A stretch of 64,000 nucleotides of DNA from Dehalococcoidia bacterium (GCA_965219085.1 OZ244720.1:32001-96000); one strand, 5' to 3'; counted from the stretch's first letter, positions 49,222 to 61,165 are shown. The notes: generated by a model from the sequence alone, not told the origin. Numbers and translations are program-made.

Positions 49222-51367
49222 ATGAGCACCATCGAAGACGTCAAGACGCGCCTCGACATTGTCGAGACCGTGGGGAGCTACGTCCCCAATCTCAAGCGCA
49301 GCGGGCGCACGTGGAAGGCGAACTGCCCCTTCCACAACGAGCGCACGCCCTCCTTCATCGTCGACCCCTCGCGCGGGAGCTGGCACTGCTTCGGCGCCTG
49401 CTCGACCGGCGGCGACGTGATCGAGTTCGTGCGCCGCATCGAGGGGCTCGACTTCCGCGAGGCCCTCGGCCGCTGCGCCGAGCGCGCCGGCGTCGAGCTG
49501 CGCCCGCCCACGCGTCGCGAGGTCGAACGCCGCGAGGAGCACGAGCGGCTGCTGGCCGCCAACGACGCGGCGACGCTGTTCTACCAGGCGCAGCTCGCCG
49601 GTGCGCGCGGCGCCGAGGCGCGCGAGTACGCCGAGCGCCGGGGCCTCGACGCCGCGACGCAGCGCGAATGGCAGATCGGGTACGCCCCCGACGCGTGGAG
49701 CGCCCTCACCGACCACCTCACGGCGCGCGGGTTCCGCGACGAGGAGCTCGTCGCGGCGGGCCTCGCGATCGAGGGTGAGCGTGGCCTCTACGACCGCTTC
49801 CGCGGGCGGCTCATCTTCCCCACCCGCGACGTGCGCGGGCGCATGGTCGGCTTCGGCGGCCGCGCGCTCGGCAAGGACCAGGAGCCGAAGTACCTGAACA
49901 CGCCGCGCACGCCGCTGTTCGACAAGAGCGGCACCCTCTTCGGCCTCGACCGCGGCGGTATCGAGGCGCGGCGCCAGGACCGGCTCATCGTCGTCGAGGG
50001 CTACATGGACGTCATTGCCTGCCACCAGGCGGGCATCGAGAACGTCGCCGCCTCGATGGGCACGGCGATCACCGAGCCGCAGATGCAGCTCATCAAGCGC
50101 TTCACCCCGAACGTCGTGATCGCGCTCGACGCCGACAACGCCGGCTCCGAGGCGACCATTCGCGCCGTCGAGGTGGCCTCCGGCGCCGCCGACCAGGACA
50201 CCGTCGCCACCATCGACTGGCGTGGGCTCGTCTCGTACCAGAACGTGCTGCAGGCCGACATCCGCATCGCCGCACTACCCGAGGGCGAGGACCCGGACTC
50301 GCTCGTGCGCTCCGATCCCGCGCGGCTGCGCGCGCTCATCGACGACTCAAAGCCCGTCGCCGACCACCTCTTCGAGGCGATCGCGGAGCGTACGGACCTC
50401 GACGACCCTCGCGCGCGTTCGCGGGCGGTCGAGTCGATCGTGCCGACCGTGGCGGCGATGGCCGATCCGATCGTGCGGGCGGAGTACGTGCAGCGTCTCG
50501 CCCGCCTCGGCCGCGTCGACGAGCGGACGGTGCTCGGGCTGCTCGCGCGCCGCGCCCCGGCGCAGCGGCGTGTACGCCGGGACAACGATGGGCCGCCGCC
50601 CCCGGGGCCGGACGACGCAGCACCGGCGCGCCCGGTACCCGTGCCGTCGGCACGCGAACTCGCGCAGGCGACGCGCCGCGCGTCGCACGCGGGCACGGCG
50701 GACCCCGCGGCCGGCGACGACATGCACCCGGGCGAGGTGCAGCTGCTGCGCCTGCTGCTGTTGCGGCCGGAGTGCCGCGACGCGGGCCTCGAGCTCGACG
50801 CCGACACGTTCGAGCACGGCCTGAACCGACAGCTTTTTGAGACGTGGTGCGAGGTTGACGGCTTCGAGGAACGGATCGACGAACTCAGTGAGGATCTTCA
50901 AGCACACTACGTCCTGCTTTCGGGGAAGGGACTCTCGGAGGGGGACGAGACCATGACGGGGCCCCAAATCGGCGAAGTGGTGAGGAGAACCGCAGAAGCC
51001 CTGCGCAAACGCCGGCGTCAGGAACGCCTCACCGTGGAGAGCTTCGCCGTCGCGCACGAAGTCGCAGAAGCTAGGCGCGAGGGTGCCGACATGCTTGAAT
51101 TCGCCCGTCTTGCTTACGAGAGTGGACCGCTCCCGCCCGGCAGCACCAATGCTAAGGCGGAACTCGCAGCGACCCTCGTGGAACTCAGCCGACAACAACG
51201 CGATGAAATCCGGGCAAGCGCTTCCCAAGGGGCGGAAGAGGTCGCGGACGGCCTCGAGAGCGGCGATAATGGGTCCACCGCATGGACCGACGAACGAGCG
51301 TACGAGCAGGCGAGCGCCGGCGCGCCCTCACGGGCGACGACGGCAACGGGAGTGATGGAGGAGCCAG

Positions 51368-51384
<17 letters not shown>
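49222..51384 (+). CDS. dnaG: DNA primase
   Basis: [45 protein letters not shown] and DPD; upstream of rpoD. Confidence 0.96.
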
Positions 51385-52885
<1,501 letters not shown>

Positions 52886-52930
52886 CTCAGGTAGACTCTC
52901 CGCGAACGTGGGACCGGAAAGGGAGCCACC

Positions 52931-53176
52931 GTGCCAATCTACGAGTACCGCTGCCTCGAGGAAGCCTGCAAGGCAGAGTACGAGGATCGCCGCTCCTTCT
53001 CCGCCATGGACGAGACGCGCGCATGCCCGACGTGCGGCTCGAACTCGACCGAGCGCAAGGTCAGCATGAGCTTCGCCTACGTCGGCAGCTACGGTAGCTC
53101 CGACACCGGCCCCCCGCTCGACGACTTCGACCCGGAGGGCGGGCTGCCCGACGACTTCGACTTCGACGACTTTTAG
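52931..53176 (+). CDS. FmdB family zinc-ribbon protein (copy 1)
   Basis: MPIYEYRC....C...CPTCGS. Confidence 0.85.
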   Translation: MPIYEYRCLEEACKAEYEDRRSFSAMDETRACPTCGSNSTERKVSMSFAYVGSYGSSDTGPPLDDFDPEGGLPDDFDFDDF

Positions 53177-53206
53177 CGGCCCGACGGGGCGGCACGGAGG
53201 CCGACC

Positions 53207-53476
53207 ATGCCGATCTACGAGTACCGCTGCAGCGACTGCGAGACGGAGTACGACCAACTCCGGTCGATAGCGACGATGGACGATGCGAGAGCGTGTCCCG
53301 AGTGCGGCTCGATGGCGACTGAGCGCCGGCTGCCTTCGCGCTTCGCGCTCTCGACCGGCGCCCAGCGGGACGACCGCGGCGCCTACGACAACGGCGTCGC
53401 CGCCGAGTACGCGCGCGTCCAGCGCCAGCCCGACCCGGACGCGATGACCACCGAGGAGTGGTTCCACGCACCGTAG
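53207..53476 (+). CDS. FmdB family zinc-ribbon protein (copy 2)
   Basis: [11 protein letters not shown]...CPECGS. Confidence 0.87.
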   Translation: MPIYEYRCSDCETEYDQLRSIATMDDARACPECGSMATERRLPSRFALSTGAQRDDRGAYDNGVAAEYARVQRQPDPDAMTTEEWFHAP

Positions 53477-53509
53477 GCCGCTCGACCGGCCACTCGACGG
53501 GGCGGGCCC

Positions 53510-54262
53510 TCAACCGCCCGCTTCGGTGACCCCATCGGAATCCACGACCGGCGCCGCGCCCACCGCGAGCGCCGGTCGCGTGCCACGCGCGTACCGCTCG
53601 TAGCCGAATCCGGCGAGCCACAGCAGGGCTCCGCACGCCACGGTGAACAGTCCGACGGCCAACGTCACGTCGAACCAGAAGCCCTGCGCATACATCTGCA
53701 CCAGGTGGTCCCGCTTCGGGTCGAGCTGCCAGAAGTCGTTCGCGAACGAGAGCACGTGGAACTGCCGGAACAGCGAGTCGAACCCGACCACCACCGCCGA
53801 CGCGGCCACACCCAGCAGCGCGACGGTCCCGATCCCCGCGAGGCGCAGTCGACTCGCCAGCTCATCGATCGGCCGCTCGCGGTTCCATACCAGTACGGCG
53901 ACGACGAATGCCACGACGTACACGAAGGCGGCCTCGTGCACGCGGAACGTGAAGCCGATCAGGTCCTTCACATCCTTCATGTGCAGCACCTCACGCTCGT
54001 TGAAGAGCGGCTGCTCTTGCCCGTCGACGGTCACGTGGACGGCGAGGAATTCGTCCTCGTTGCGGAAGTAGCGGATGATGTCGCGCGCCGCCCGGTCGAG
54101 TTGGGCGCGGTCGATGCCGGTCCGCTCGACGGCGTCGTAGCGTGAGAAGCCGTACTCGTGCACGCGCGGCTCGACCGCGGCGATGCGCACGAAGGTCAGC
54201 ACGAGGAACACGGGCACCGCGACGATGAACAGCCCGGTCGCGACGCGTCGGAGTACCAGCAC
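53510..54262 (-). CDS. TIGR01906/DUF1461 family membrane protein
   Basis: FNEREVLHMKDVK and FDSLFRQFHVLSFANDFWQLDP..D.LVQMY..GFW. Confidence 0.85.
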   Translation of the reverse strand: MLVLRRVATGLFIVAVPVFLVLTFVRIAAVEPRVHEYGFSRYDAVERTGIDRAQLDRAARDIIRYFRNEDEFLAVHVTVDGQEQPLFNEREVLHMKDVKDLIGFTFRVHEAAFVYVVAFVVAVLVWNRERPIDELASRLRLAGIGTVALLGVAASAVVVGFDSLFRQFHVLSFANDFWQLDPKRDHLVQMYAQGFWFDVTLAVGLFTVACGALLWLAGFGYERYARGTRPALAVGAAPVVDSDGVTEAGG

Positions 54263-54268
54263 CCGCCG

Positions 54269-54276
54269 AGTATACT
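54269..54276. promoter_or_regulatory. Palindromic bidirectional -10 element AGTATACT
   Basis: TATACT on both strands: 6 nt before GTG 54262 (-) and 7 nt before ATG 54284 (+). Confidence 0.6.
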
Positions 54277-54315
54277 GCCGGGCATGGCGGGGAGCCCGAT
54301 GACCAGGTACGCACC

Positions 54316-55323
54316 GTGACCGCTCCCGGAGGGCCCCACCCCTCCCTCGACCCCATCCTCGACGCGTTCGGGCTCGCGCCCAGCGAGGTGCAGGCGTTCG
54401 ACCCGGCACACCCGCACGTCGACGCGCAGCGCCCGCTGCTGATCCTCGCCCCGCAGCGCGAACCGGCCGCGAGCGTCATCGCGGACCGCTACCCGCCGGG
54501 GCACGGCGTTATGTCGCTGACGACCGAGGGGGTCACGGAGACGACCACGGACGCCCTCGACCCCGGTGACTCGGCCGAGGCGTGGCTCGTCTCCACGCTC
54601 GCGCCCGAGCAGGACGCCCGGTCGCTGGCCGGGCTGCGCGGGATCATGGAGCGGCTCTACAGCCCCGACGGCTGCCCATGGGACTACGACCAGACCCACG
54701 AGTCGCTGCGCAGCTACCTCATCGAGGAGTCGTACGAGGCGATCGAGGCGATCGACCGCGGCGACCTCGAGGGGCTGCGCGAGGAGCTCGGCGACATCTT
54801 GCTGCAGGTGTTCTTCCACGCCGTCGTCGCGCAGGCGAGCGGCGCGTTCACCCTGGACGACGTGGCCGAGACGATTGCCCGCAAGATGGTGCGCCGCCAC
54901 CCGCATGTCTTCGGCGACGCGGAGCGGGGATCGACCGCCGAGGAGCAGTGGACGCGCTGGGACGCGATCAAGGCCGCCGAGCGCGCCGAAGCCGGCAAGA
55001 GCGGCGAGGACGATTCCCCGTTCGCCTCGCTCCCCGTCGCGCTACCGGCGCTGCAGCGCGCGCAGTCCGTGCTGGGCCGCGCGGCCCGCGCGGGGCTGGG
55101 CGAGGCGCCATCGGCCGACGCCGCGCTGCCCGAACTCGCCGCCGCCGTCGAGGCACTCGTGGTCGCGCCCGCCGCCGAGCGCGACGAGCGCCTCGGCGCG
55201 CTGCTGTGGGCCGCGGCCGCGTATGCCCGCGCCGGGGCTGTCGACGCGGAGAGCGCGCTGCGCGAGCGGACCACGCGCTTCATCGCCGAGGCGACCTCGG
55301 ACGCCGCGGACGGCGGCGACTAG
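54316..55323 (+). CDS. mazG: MazG family nucleoside triphosphate pyrophosphohydrolase
   Basis: GCPWDYDQTHESL, EESYE, EELGDILLQ, KMVRRHPHVF, WDAIK and LPAL. Confidence 0.92.
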   Translation: MTAPGGPHPSLDPILDAFGLAPSEVQAFDPAHPHVDAQRPLLILAPQREPAASVIADRYPPGHGVMSLTTEGVTETTTDALDPGDSAEAWLVSTLAPEQDARSLAGLRGIMERLYSPDGCPWDYDQTHESLRSYLIEESYEAIEAIDRGDLEGLREELGDILLQVFFHAVVAQASGAFTLDDVAETIARKMVRRHPHVFGDAERGSTAEEQWTRWDAIKAAERAEAGKSGEDDSPFASLPVALPALQRAQSVLGRAARAGLGEAPSADAALPELAAAVEALVVAPAAERDERLGALLWAAAAYARAGAVDAESALRERTTRFIAEATSDAADGGD

Positions 55324-55418
55324 CGCCGGGCGATGATACCGGGGGGTGGTACACTGCGCGCCAGCAGTCACAGCACGCGCCGCGCAGTGCGCGGCCCCCG
55401 ACAGAGAGGACCTGATCC

Positions 55419-56003
55419 ATGGCCAGTGAGACCTCCGTAGTCACGCCCGAGCGCTTCGCCGAGGGCATCCAGACGTTCGAGGAGTGGATAGGCGCGATCG
55501 AGGTGCGCAAGACCGAGTTCCTGCGCCACTACGAGGAGTTCGACCCCAACGCGGACGACATCGCGGCGATCGCCAAGATGGTCGAGGAGCGCGGCGTGAA
55601 GGCGCTGTGCCTCGGCGAGGACTGGTGCCCGGACGTGTGGCGCGGCATTCCCGTCATCTCCAAGGTCTCCGAGGCGACCGGGATGGAGCTGCGGATCTTC
55701 TTCCGCGACAAGAACAAGGACATCATGTCCGAGTTCCTGAACCAGGGTGAGTTCGAGTCGATCCCGACCATCGTCTTCTACGATGGCGATCACAACTACC
55801 TCGGCCACTGGATCGAGCGTCCCGTGCTCGCCAACGATGAGATGGAGGGCCTGCGCGGCATGCTCAGCGGCGTCGAGCGCGGCACCCCGCAGTTCGACGA
55901 GGCGCGCGCCCGCTACGACGAAGAGACCTGGAAGCTGGCGGCGAACTGGCGTCACGCCTCGGTCGCGGAGTTCCGCACCATGCTCGAGGAGGCCCTCGGG
56001 TAG
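55419..56003 (+). CDS. Thioredoxin-fold protein (single Cys, WCPD)
   Basis: EDWCPDV, RDKN, SIPT and WIERP motifs. Confidence 0.85.
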   Translation: MASETSVVTPERFAEGIQTFEEWIGAIEVRKTEFLRHYEEFDPNADDIAAIAKMVEERGVKALCLGEDWCPDVWRGIPVISKVSEATGMELRIFFRDKNKDIMSEFLNQGEFESIPTIVFYDGDHNYLGHWIERPVLANDEMEGLRGMLSGVERGTPQFDEARARYDEETWKLAANWRHASVAEFRTMLEEALG

Positions 56004-56031
56004 GGCGCGGGACGGGGACGGGAGAGCGACC

Positions 56032-56211
56032 ATGACGTTTGGACCCATCGGCCCCATGTCGGAGCAGCACGCGGAGGCCGAGGCGAAGCGCGTCGGCGAA
56101 CGCGCGCAACTGCACGGAGAGGGGCGCACCCTCGCGCACGACCTGCTCAACGCAGCGCTGCTGGTGCGACGCCTCGCGCGACGCCTGAGGCGGATGGTCA
56201 GCAGGCGCTGA
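56032..56211 (+). CDS. Small hypothetical protein
   Basis: GGAG RBS, 59 aa, fills the gap before a hairpin. Confidence 0.45.
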   Translation: MTFGPIGPMSEQHAEAEAKRVGERAQLHGEGRTLAHDLLNAALLVRRLARRLRRMVSRR

Positions 56212-56235
56212 CCGGAGCAATCGTCGGATGAATCC

Positions 56236-56262
56236 AGGAGGCGGCCTCACCGGCCGCCTCTT
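56236..56262. terminator. Hairpin between convergent genes
   Basis: gaggcggcc-tcacc-ggccgcctc followed by ttgctatt. Confidence 0.55.
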
Positions 56263-56291
56263 GCTATTCGGGTCCCGAGTCCGCTGGTGCG

Positions 56292-56921
56292 CTATAGGCC
56301 CGAGCGCTCCTCGGACGAACCTCGGCCGGGGCGTGCCGAGATGGGAACGGTCTCGGTCGCGGACGGCCGGCGTGGCGCAGCCGGGAGGCCCGGTGCGGAC
56401 GCGCCGTCCGCCTCGGCGGCAGCGTCTGCTTCCGCGCGCTCCTGCGTCGCGGTCTCCGCGAGGTCGCTCGCGCGCTGGCGCTGGGTGGAGCAATACGGGC
56501 AGTGCCGCCAGGCGTTCTGCAACAACCGTCTACACGAGGGGCACGGCTCCTTCAGCTCATAGCTGCAGAAGGCGCAGATCGCCCAGTCCTGGTCGACCGG
56601 CCGCCGGCACTGCGGGCACGTCGGCACCGCGTGCAGGTCGGAGAGGATCGCCTCCTGCTCGAGCTGGCGGTCGTAGGCCTCGCGTAGCGTCTCGCGCGGT
56701 CGCGCGATCAGGTACGCGGGGACGCCGACCAGTGGCAGCAGGACGATGATCGACATGGCGATGACCTGCGAGGCGATGTCGCGCGTACGACCGCGGATGT
56801 CGCGGTAGGCCCACAGCACGGACGCGGCCCAGATCAGGAACAGGTACGAGCCGATGACGAGCCCGAGGATCTTGCCGGTGGTCTGCCAGTCGCCGCCGGG
56901 CCAGCCGAAGGGTAGCTCCAC
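56292..56921 (-). CDS. Membrane protein with double zinc ribbon
   Basis: Two TMs, WAYRDI..R, YLIARPRETL and CPQC..CAFC..CPSC..CPYC. Confidence 0.85.
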   Translation of the reverse strand: MELPFGWPGGDWQTTGKILGLVIGSYLFLIWAASVLWAYRDIRGRTRDIASQVIAMSIIVLLPLVGVPAYLIARPRETLREAYDRQLEQEAILSDLHAVPTCPQCRRPVDQDWAICAFCSYELKEPCPSCRRLLQNAWRHCPYCSTQRQRASDLAETATQERAEADAAAEADGASAPGLPAAPRRPSATETVPISARPGRGSSEERSGL

Positions 56922-57028
56922 GCGCGCCTCGCAGTTCGTGTTGGGGAACCCCGCAAGGCAGCGTACCATGAGCCATCGGGGTGGTCGCCGAAGCCGTCCC
57001 GCCGTCCTCCCCGCATCACCGGACGCCG

Positions 57029-59260
57029 ATGACCACGACGCATGACGTGCTGCAAGGGCTGAACGACGCACAGCGGCGCGCCGTCGAGGTGCCCGACGGG
57101 GCGCTCCTCATCCTCGCCGGACCGGGCTCGGGCAAGACGCGCGTGATCGCGCACCGCATCGCCTACCTGGTGCGCGAGCGCGACGTCGCGCCGTGGCGGG
57201 TGCTGGCCGTGACCTTCACCAACAAGGCCGCCAACGAGATGCGCGAACGCGTCGAGGACCTCCTCGGGGCCGAGGGGCTGGATGTGTCGATGGGCACGTT
57301 CCACTCGTTCTGTGCGCGCGTGCTGCGCCGCGACGGCGACGCGATCGGCATCCCCTCGGACTACGCGATCTACGCCACCGACGACCAGCTCGCCGTGGTG
57401 CGCGAGACCCTGGAGGCGCTGCGCATCGACCCGAAACGCTACGCGCCGCGCGCGGTCCTCTCCGCCATCTCGCGCGCGAAGAACGAGCGCCGCGACGCGG
57501 CCACCACGCTGCGCGAAGCCGGCTCATACTTCGAGGAGATCGTCGGGCGCGTCTTCGAGCGCTACCAGCGCACGCTGCGCGAGTACGGCGCGCTGGACTT
57601 CGACGACCTACTGGGCGAGGCGCTGCGGCTGTTCGAGGAGCACCCCGACGTGCGCGAGCGCTACGGCGACCGCTACCGCCACATTCTCATCGACGAGTTC
57701 CAGGACACGAACCTGACGCAGTACCGGCTCTCCGGCCTGCTGGCCGAGGTGCATGGCAACATCACCGCCGTCGGCGACCCCGACCAGTCGATCTACTCGT
57801 GGCGCGCAGCCGATCTGCGCAACCTGCTGCACTTCGAGCGCGACTTCCCCGACGCGCAGGTCATCCTCCTCGAGCAGAACTACCGCTCGACCGGGCGCAT
57901 CCTGCGCTCGGCCCACGCGGTGATCTCGGAGGCGAAGGACCGACGCGAGCGCTCACTGTGGACCAGCAACCCCGACGGCGACCCGGTGGTCGTCGAGGAG
58001 CTCTTCGACGCCGACGAGGAGGGGCACTTCGTCGCGCTCGAAATCGGGCGGCAGATGCGCGAGCAGCACCGTGAGTTCGCCGACTTCGCGGTGATGTACC
58101 GCACGAATGCGCAGTCGCGCGCCATCGAGGAGGCGTGCATCCAGCAGGGCGTCCGCTACCGCATCGTCGGCGGCACGCGCTTCTACGACCGCCGCGAGGT
58201 ACGCGACCTGTTGGCGTACCTGCGGCTGATCCGCAACCACGCCGACGGCGTGGCGTTCCGCCGGATCGTCAACGTACCGCGCCGAGGCATCGGCGATCGC
58301 AGCATGGAGCGCGTCCGAGCGGCGGCCGAGGAGCTCGAGCTGCCGCTGCTCGCGGTCGCGGCGCGGATCGCGCGCGGCGACGACGACCCGGCGCTGCCAG
58401 CGCTGCGCGGCGATATCCGCCTCGCGCTGCGCGACTTCGTCGCGCTCATCGACCGCCTCACTGCCGCGAGCGAGGAGCAGCCGGTCGCAACGCTGCTCGA
58501 GACCGTGCTTGCCGAGACGCGCTACCACCAGTACCTCGAACGCAACGACGAGGACCACGCCGAGGTGCGCTGGGAGAACGTCCAGGAGCTCATCAACGTC
58601 GCCTCGCAGTACCAGGACCTCGACCCAACGGCCTCGCTCGCCTCGTTCCTCGAGGAGGTCGCGCTGGTCGCCGACGTCGACGATCCCGGGGCCGAGGCGC
58701 CCGACGCCGTGACGCTGACGACGCTCCATGCGGCGAAGGGCCTCGAGTTCCCCGTGGTGTTCATGCCCGGCATGGAGGAGGGGCTGCTGCCGCACTCGCT
58801 CTCGCTCGACGATCCGGCGCAGATGGAGGAGGAGCGGCGCGTCTGCTACGTCGGCATGACCCGCGCGCGCGAGCGCCTCTATCTCACCCACGCACGGCGG
58901 CGCATGCGGCAGGGCCGCTACTCGGGCGCGATCCATTCGCGGTTTCTGGACGACCTTCCGTCCGAAGAGACCGCTCGTGCCCGTGCGGCCCGCCCCACCG
59001 AGACGCCTCGGGAGCGTCGTGCGGCATTCGCCGCGCGCCAGGCCGAGGGCTGGGACAGCGGTGACCCCGGCGGCGACGGGGGCGAGGTGGACGAGCCCCG
59101 CTACTCGCCCGGCGAGCGCGTGCGCCACGCCACGTTCGGCGTCGGCGTCGTCGTCTCGTGCGAGGTCGAGCGCGGCGACCAGCGTGTCACCGTCGCGTTT
59201 GAGGGACAGGGTGTGAAGAAGCTGCTGCTGTCGCTCGCGCCGCTCGAACCGGCCCCGTAG
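57029..59260 (+). CDS. pcrA: ATP-dependent DNA helicase PcrA/UvrD
   Basis: LAGPGSGKT, TFTNKAA, DEFQDTN, GDPDQSIY, LEQNYRS, HAAKGLEF and EEERRVCYVGMTRA. Confidence 0.96.
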   Translation: MTTTHDVLQGLNDAQRRAVEVPDGALLILAGPGSGKTRVIAHRIAYLVRERDVAPWRVLAVTFTNKAANEMRERVEDLLGAEGLDVSMGTFHSFCARVLRRDGDAIGIPSDYAIYATDDQLAVVRETLEALRIDPKRYAPRAVLSAISRAKNERRDAATTLREAGSYFEEIVGRVFERYQRTLREYGALDFDDLLGEALRLFEEHPDVRERYGDRYRHILIDEFQDTNLTQYRLSGLLAEVHGNITAVGDPDQSIYSWRAADLRNLLHFERDFPDAQVILLEQNYRSTGRILRSAHAVISEAKDRRERSLWTSNPDGDPVVVEELFDADEEGHFVALEIGRQMREQHREFADFAVMYRTNAQSRAIEEACIQQGVRYRIVGGTRFYDRREVRDLLAYLRLIRNHADGVAFRRIVNVPRRGIGDRSMERVRAAAEELELPLLAVAARIARGDDDPALPALRGDIRLALRDFVALIDRLTAASEEQPVATLLETVLAETRYHQYLERNDEDHAEVRWENVQELINVASQYQDLDPTASLASFLEEVALVADVDDPGAEAPDAVTLTTLHAAKGLEFPVVFMPGMEEGLLPHSLSLDDPAQMEEERRVCYVGMTRARERLYLTHARRRMRQGRYSGAIHSRFLDDLPSEETARARAARPTETPRERRAAFAARQAEGWDSGDPGGDGGEVDEPRYSPGERVRHATFGVGVVVSCEVERGDQRVTVAFEGQGVKKLLLSLAPLEPAP

Positions 59261-59272
59261 CTCGTCGGACGC

Positions 59273-60109
59273 CTACCCGCCGAGCAGCGCCGTGAGTGCG
59301 TCGTCGTCGACGGCCGCGGCCATCAGCTCGCCGATGCGCTCGACCTTCGTCTCGTGGCCGAACGGCGAGCTGCCGAAGCTGCCCTCGATGTCGCGCACGG
59401 TCTCGACCGTGCCCTCGGGCGCCACGAGCAGCGTCGTGCCGCGCGAGGCAGCGACGCGATCGAGCAGGTACGGGCTCGGCTCGGAGCCACCGCTCAGGAT
59501 CAGGCACACCGGCTCGGTGTGCATCGCCGCGAGCGCCACATCGACCTTCTCGCCGCGCGTGACGACGGCGCTGTCGGGGTAGCGCCCAAAGTAGTCGTCA
59601 CCCCAGACGGGTGCGATGGGGCCGACGACGATGTGCTGGCAGATGGCGGCGTCGCCCTCGGTGGACCGCACGATGACGCGCGCCCGGCTCGCCTCGACGA
59701 GTTGCCCGACCCTCGGCGCGGCGAGCACGCGGTCTTCGGGGATGCGCAGAGGGCCCCGGTCGACGGCGTGCGTCGTTATGTGCAGCGCGCCGCCATCGGG
59801 TGCGTCCGAGCCCTCGCGCCCTACGGTCACGAGTTGCGCGTCGTACTGCGCGGCGAGGGCGCCTGCGTCCGCGTCGGCTGGCGCCTCGACGACCGTCACC
59901 GCGTCGTCGGAGCCGGCGACGCTCGCGGCATCGACCACCTCGGCGAAGTCGAGCATGCCGAGCGTGGCGGCGTCGGCCGCCGCGCGGTCGCCGCCGTCGA
60001 GGCGGGAGACTCGCACTGTGCGGCCGGAGTGCGCGATGCGGTGCGCGAGGCCCACGGCGACCGTGGTCGCACCCGCGCCCGGCGCACCTGCAACGAGGAT
60101 CACTGGCAT
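59273..60109 (-). CDS. DRTGG-domain / Pta N-terminal-like protein
   Basis: P-loop-like GAPGAGATT, IPEDRVLAAP and AVVTRGEKVDVALAA...CLILSGG. Confidence 0.75.
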   Translation of the reverse strand: MPVILVAGAPGAGATTVAVGLAHRIAHSGRTVRVSRLDGGDRAAADAATLGMLDFAEVVDAASVAGSDDAVTVVEAPADADAGALAAQYDAQLVTVGREGSDAPDGGALHITTHAVDRGPLRIPEDRVLAAPRVGQLVEASRARVIVRSTEGDAAICQHIVVGPIAPVWGDDYFGRYPDSAVVTRGEKVDVALAAMHTEPVCLILSGGSEPSPYLLDRVAASRGTTLLVAPEGTVETVRDIEGSFGSSPFGHETKVERIGELMAAAVDDDALTALLGG

Positions 60110-60131
60110 GTCACCGTCCGATCGGAATGGT

Positions 60132-60207
60132 TGGTGCCGAGGGGCAGAGTCGAACTGCCGACACCACGATTTTCAGTCGTGTGCTCTACCAACTGAGCTA
60201 CCTCGGC
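60132..60207 (-). tRNA. tRNA-Phe(GAA)
   Basis: GCCGAGGTAGCTCAGTTGGTAGAGCACACGACTGAAAATCGTGGTGTCGGCAGTTCGACTCTGCCCCTCGGCACCA; 76-nt cloverleaf with encoded CCA. Confidence 0.98.
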
Positions 60208-60412
60208 GCCTCTTCCGCCACAGCGGGGAGCGCTGCGCCGAGGGCCGCGACGCCTCGCGGCGGAGAGCCCTCGAACGCCCCCTGCCGGAGCGTGGACAGC
60301 GTAGTTTACGGCGATCTCGCGGACAACAGCAGGCCCCGGAAGGCGTACCATGGATCGTGCAACTGCGCGGCTCCCTCGCTCCCGTCCGCCGCGCGCCCGT
60401 GAGGAGTTCGTG

Positions 60413-61069
60413 ATGGTGTGGTTCTACCAGAAGCAGATCGAGATGCCCTCGCCCGAGGAGGCCCTGCAGGGCCGCGAGATGCGGGTCCCGGTGCCCGAGG
60501 CGCACTACGTGAACGGCAACCCGCTCGAGCCGCCGTTCCCCCAGGGGCTCGAGATGGCGCTGTTCGGCATGGGCTGCTTCTGGGGCGCCGAGCGCGTCTT
60601 CTGGCAGGCGCCCGGCGTCTACACCACCTACGTCGGCTACGCCGCCGGGTACACGCCGAACCCGACGTACGAGGAGGTGTGCAGCGGCCGCACCGGCCAC
60701 AACGAGGTCGTCCTCGCGGTCTTCGACCCCGCACAGATCAGCTACGACGAGATGCTGAAGCTGTTCTGGGAGAACCACGACCCGACACAAGGCATGCGCC
60801 AGGGCGCCGACACCGGCACGCAGTACCGCTCCGGCATCTACTGCTACTCGCCGGAGCAGCTCGAGGCGGCCGAGCGCACGCGCGACATGTTCCAGCCGGT
60901 GCTGAGCGGCCACCGCTACGGCCCGATCACGACCGAGATCATCGACGCGCCGGAGTTCTACTATGCCGAGGACTACCACCAGCAGTACCTGGCGAAGGTG
61001 CCGAACGGCTACTGCGGCCTCGGCGGCACCGGGCTGAGCTGTCCCGTCGGCGTGGCCGAGATGGGGTAG
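60413..61069 (+). CDS. msrA: Peptide-methionine (S)-S-oxide reductase
   Basis: [28 protein letters not shown] and AEDYHQQY motifs. Confidence 0.98.
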   Translation: MVWFYQKQIEMPSPEEALQGREMRVPVPEAHYVNGNPLEPPFPQGLEMALFGMGCFWGAERVFWQAPGVYTTYVGYAAGYTPNPTYEEVCSGRTGHNEVVLAVFDPAQISYDEMLKLFWENHDPTQGMRQGADTGTQYRSGIYCYSPEQLEAAERTRDMFQPVLSGHRYGPITTEIIDAPEFYYAEDYHQQYLAKVPNGYCGLGGTGLSCPVGVAEMG

Positions 61070-61109
61070 GCGGCTCCCGCTCTCTCGCGACGCTTGGTAG
61101 ACTGCACGC

Positions 61110-61130
61110 AGTGATTGCGTTGCAATCACT
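61110..61130. promoter_or_regulatory. Inverted-repeat operator of the FitAB-like operon
   Basis: AGTGATTGC-gtt-GCAATCACT just downstream of -10 TAGACT (61098-61103). Confidence 0.65.
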
Positions 61131-61165
61131 TACGTGAATCGCCAATCGGCACGAGAGGGCGCACC

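Noticed and set aside
60132-60207. tRNA-Phe as an island attachment site
   Set aside because: No duplicated tRNA 3' end or integrase seen; flanking genes look core.
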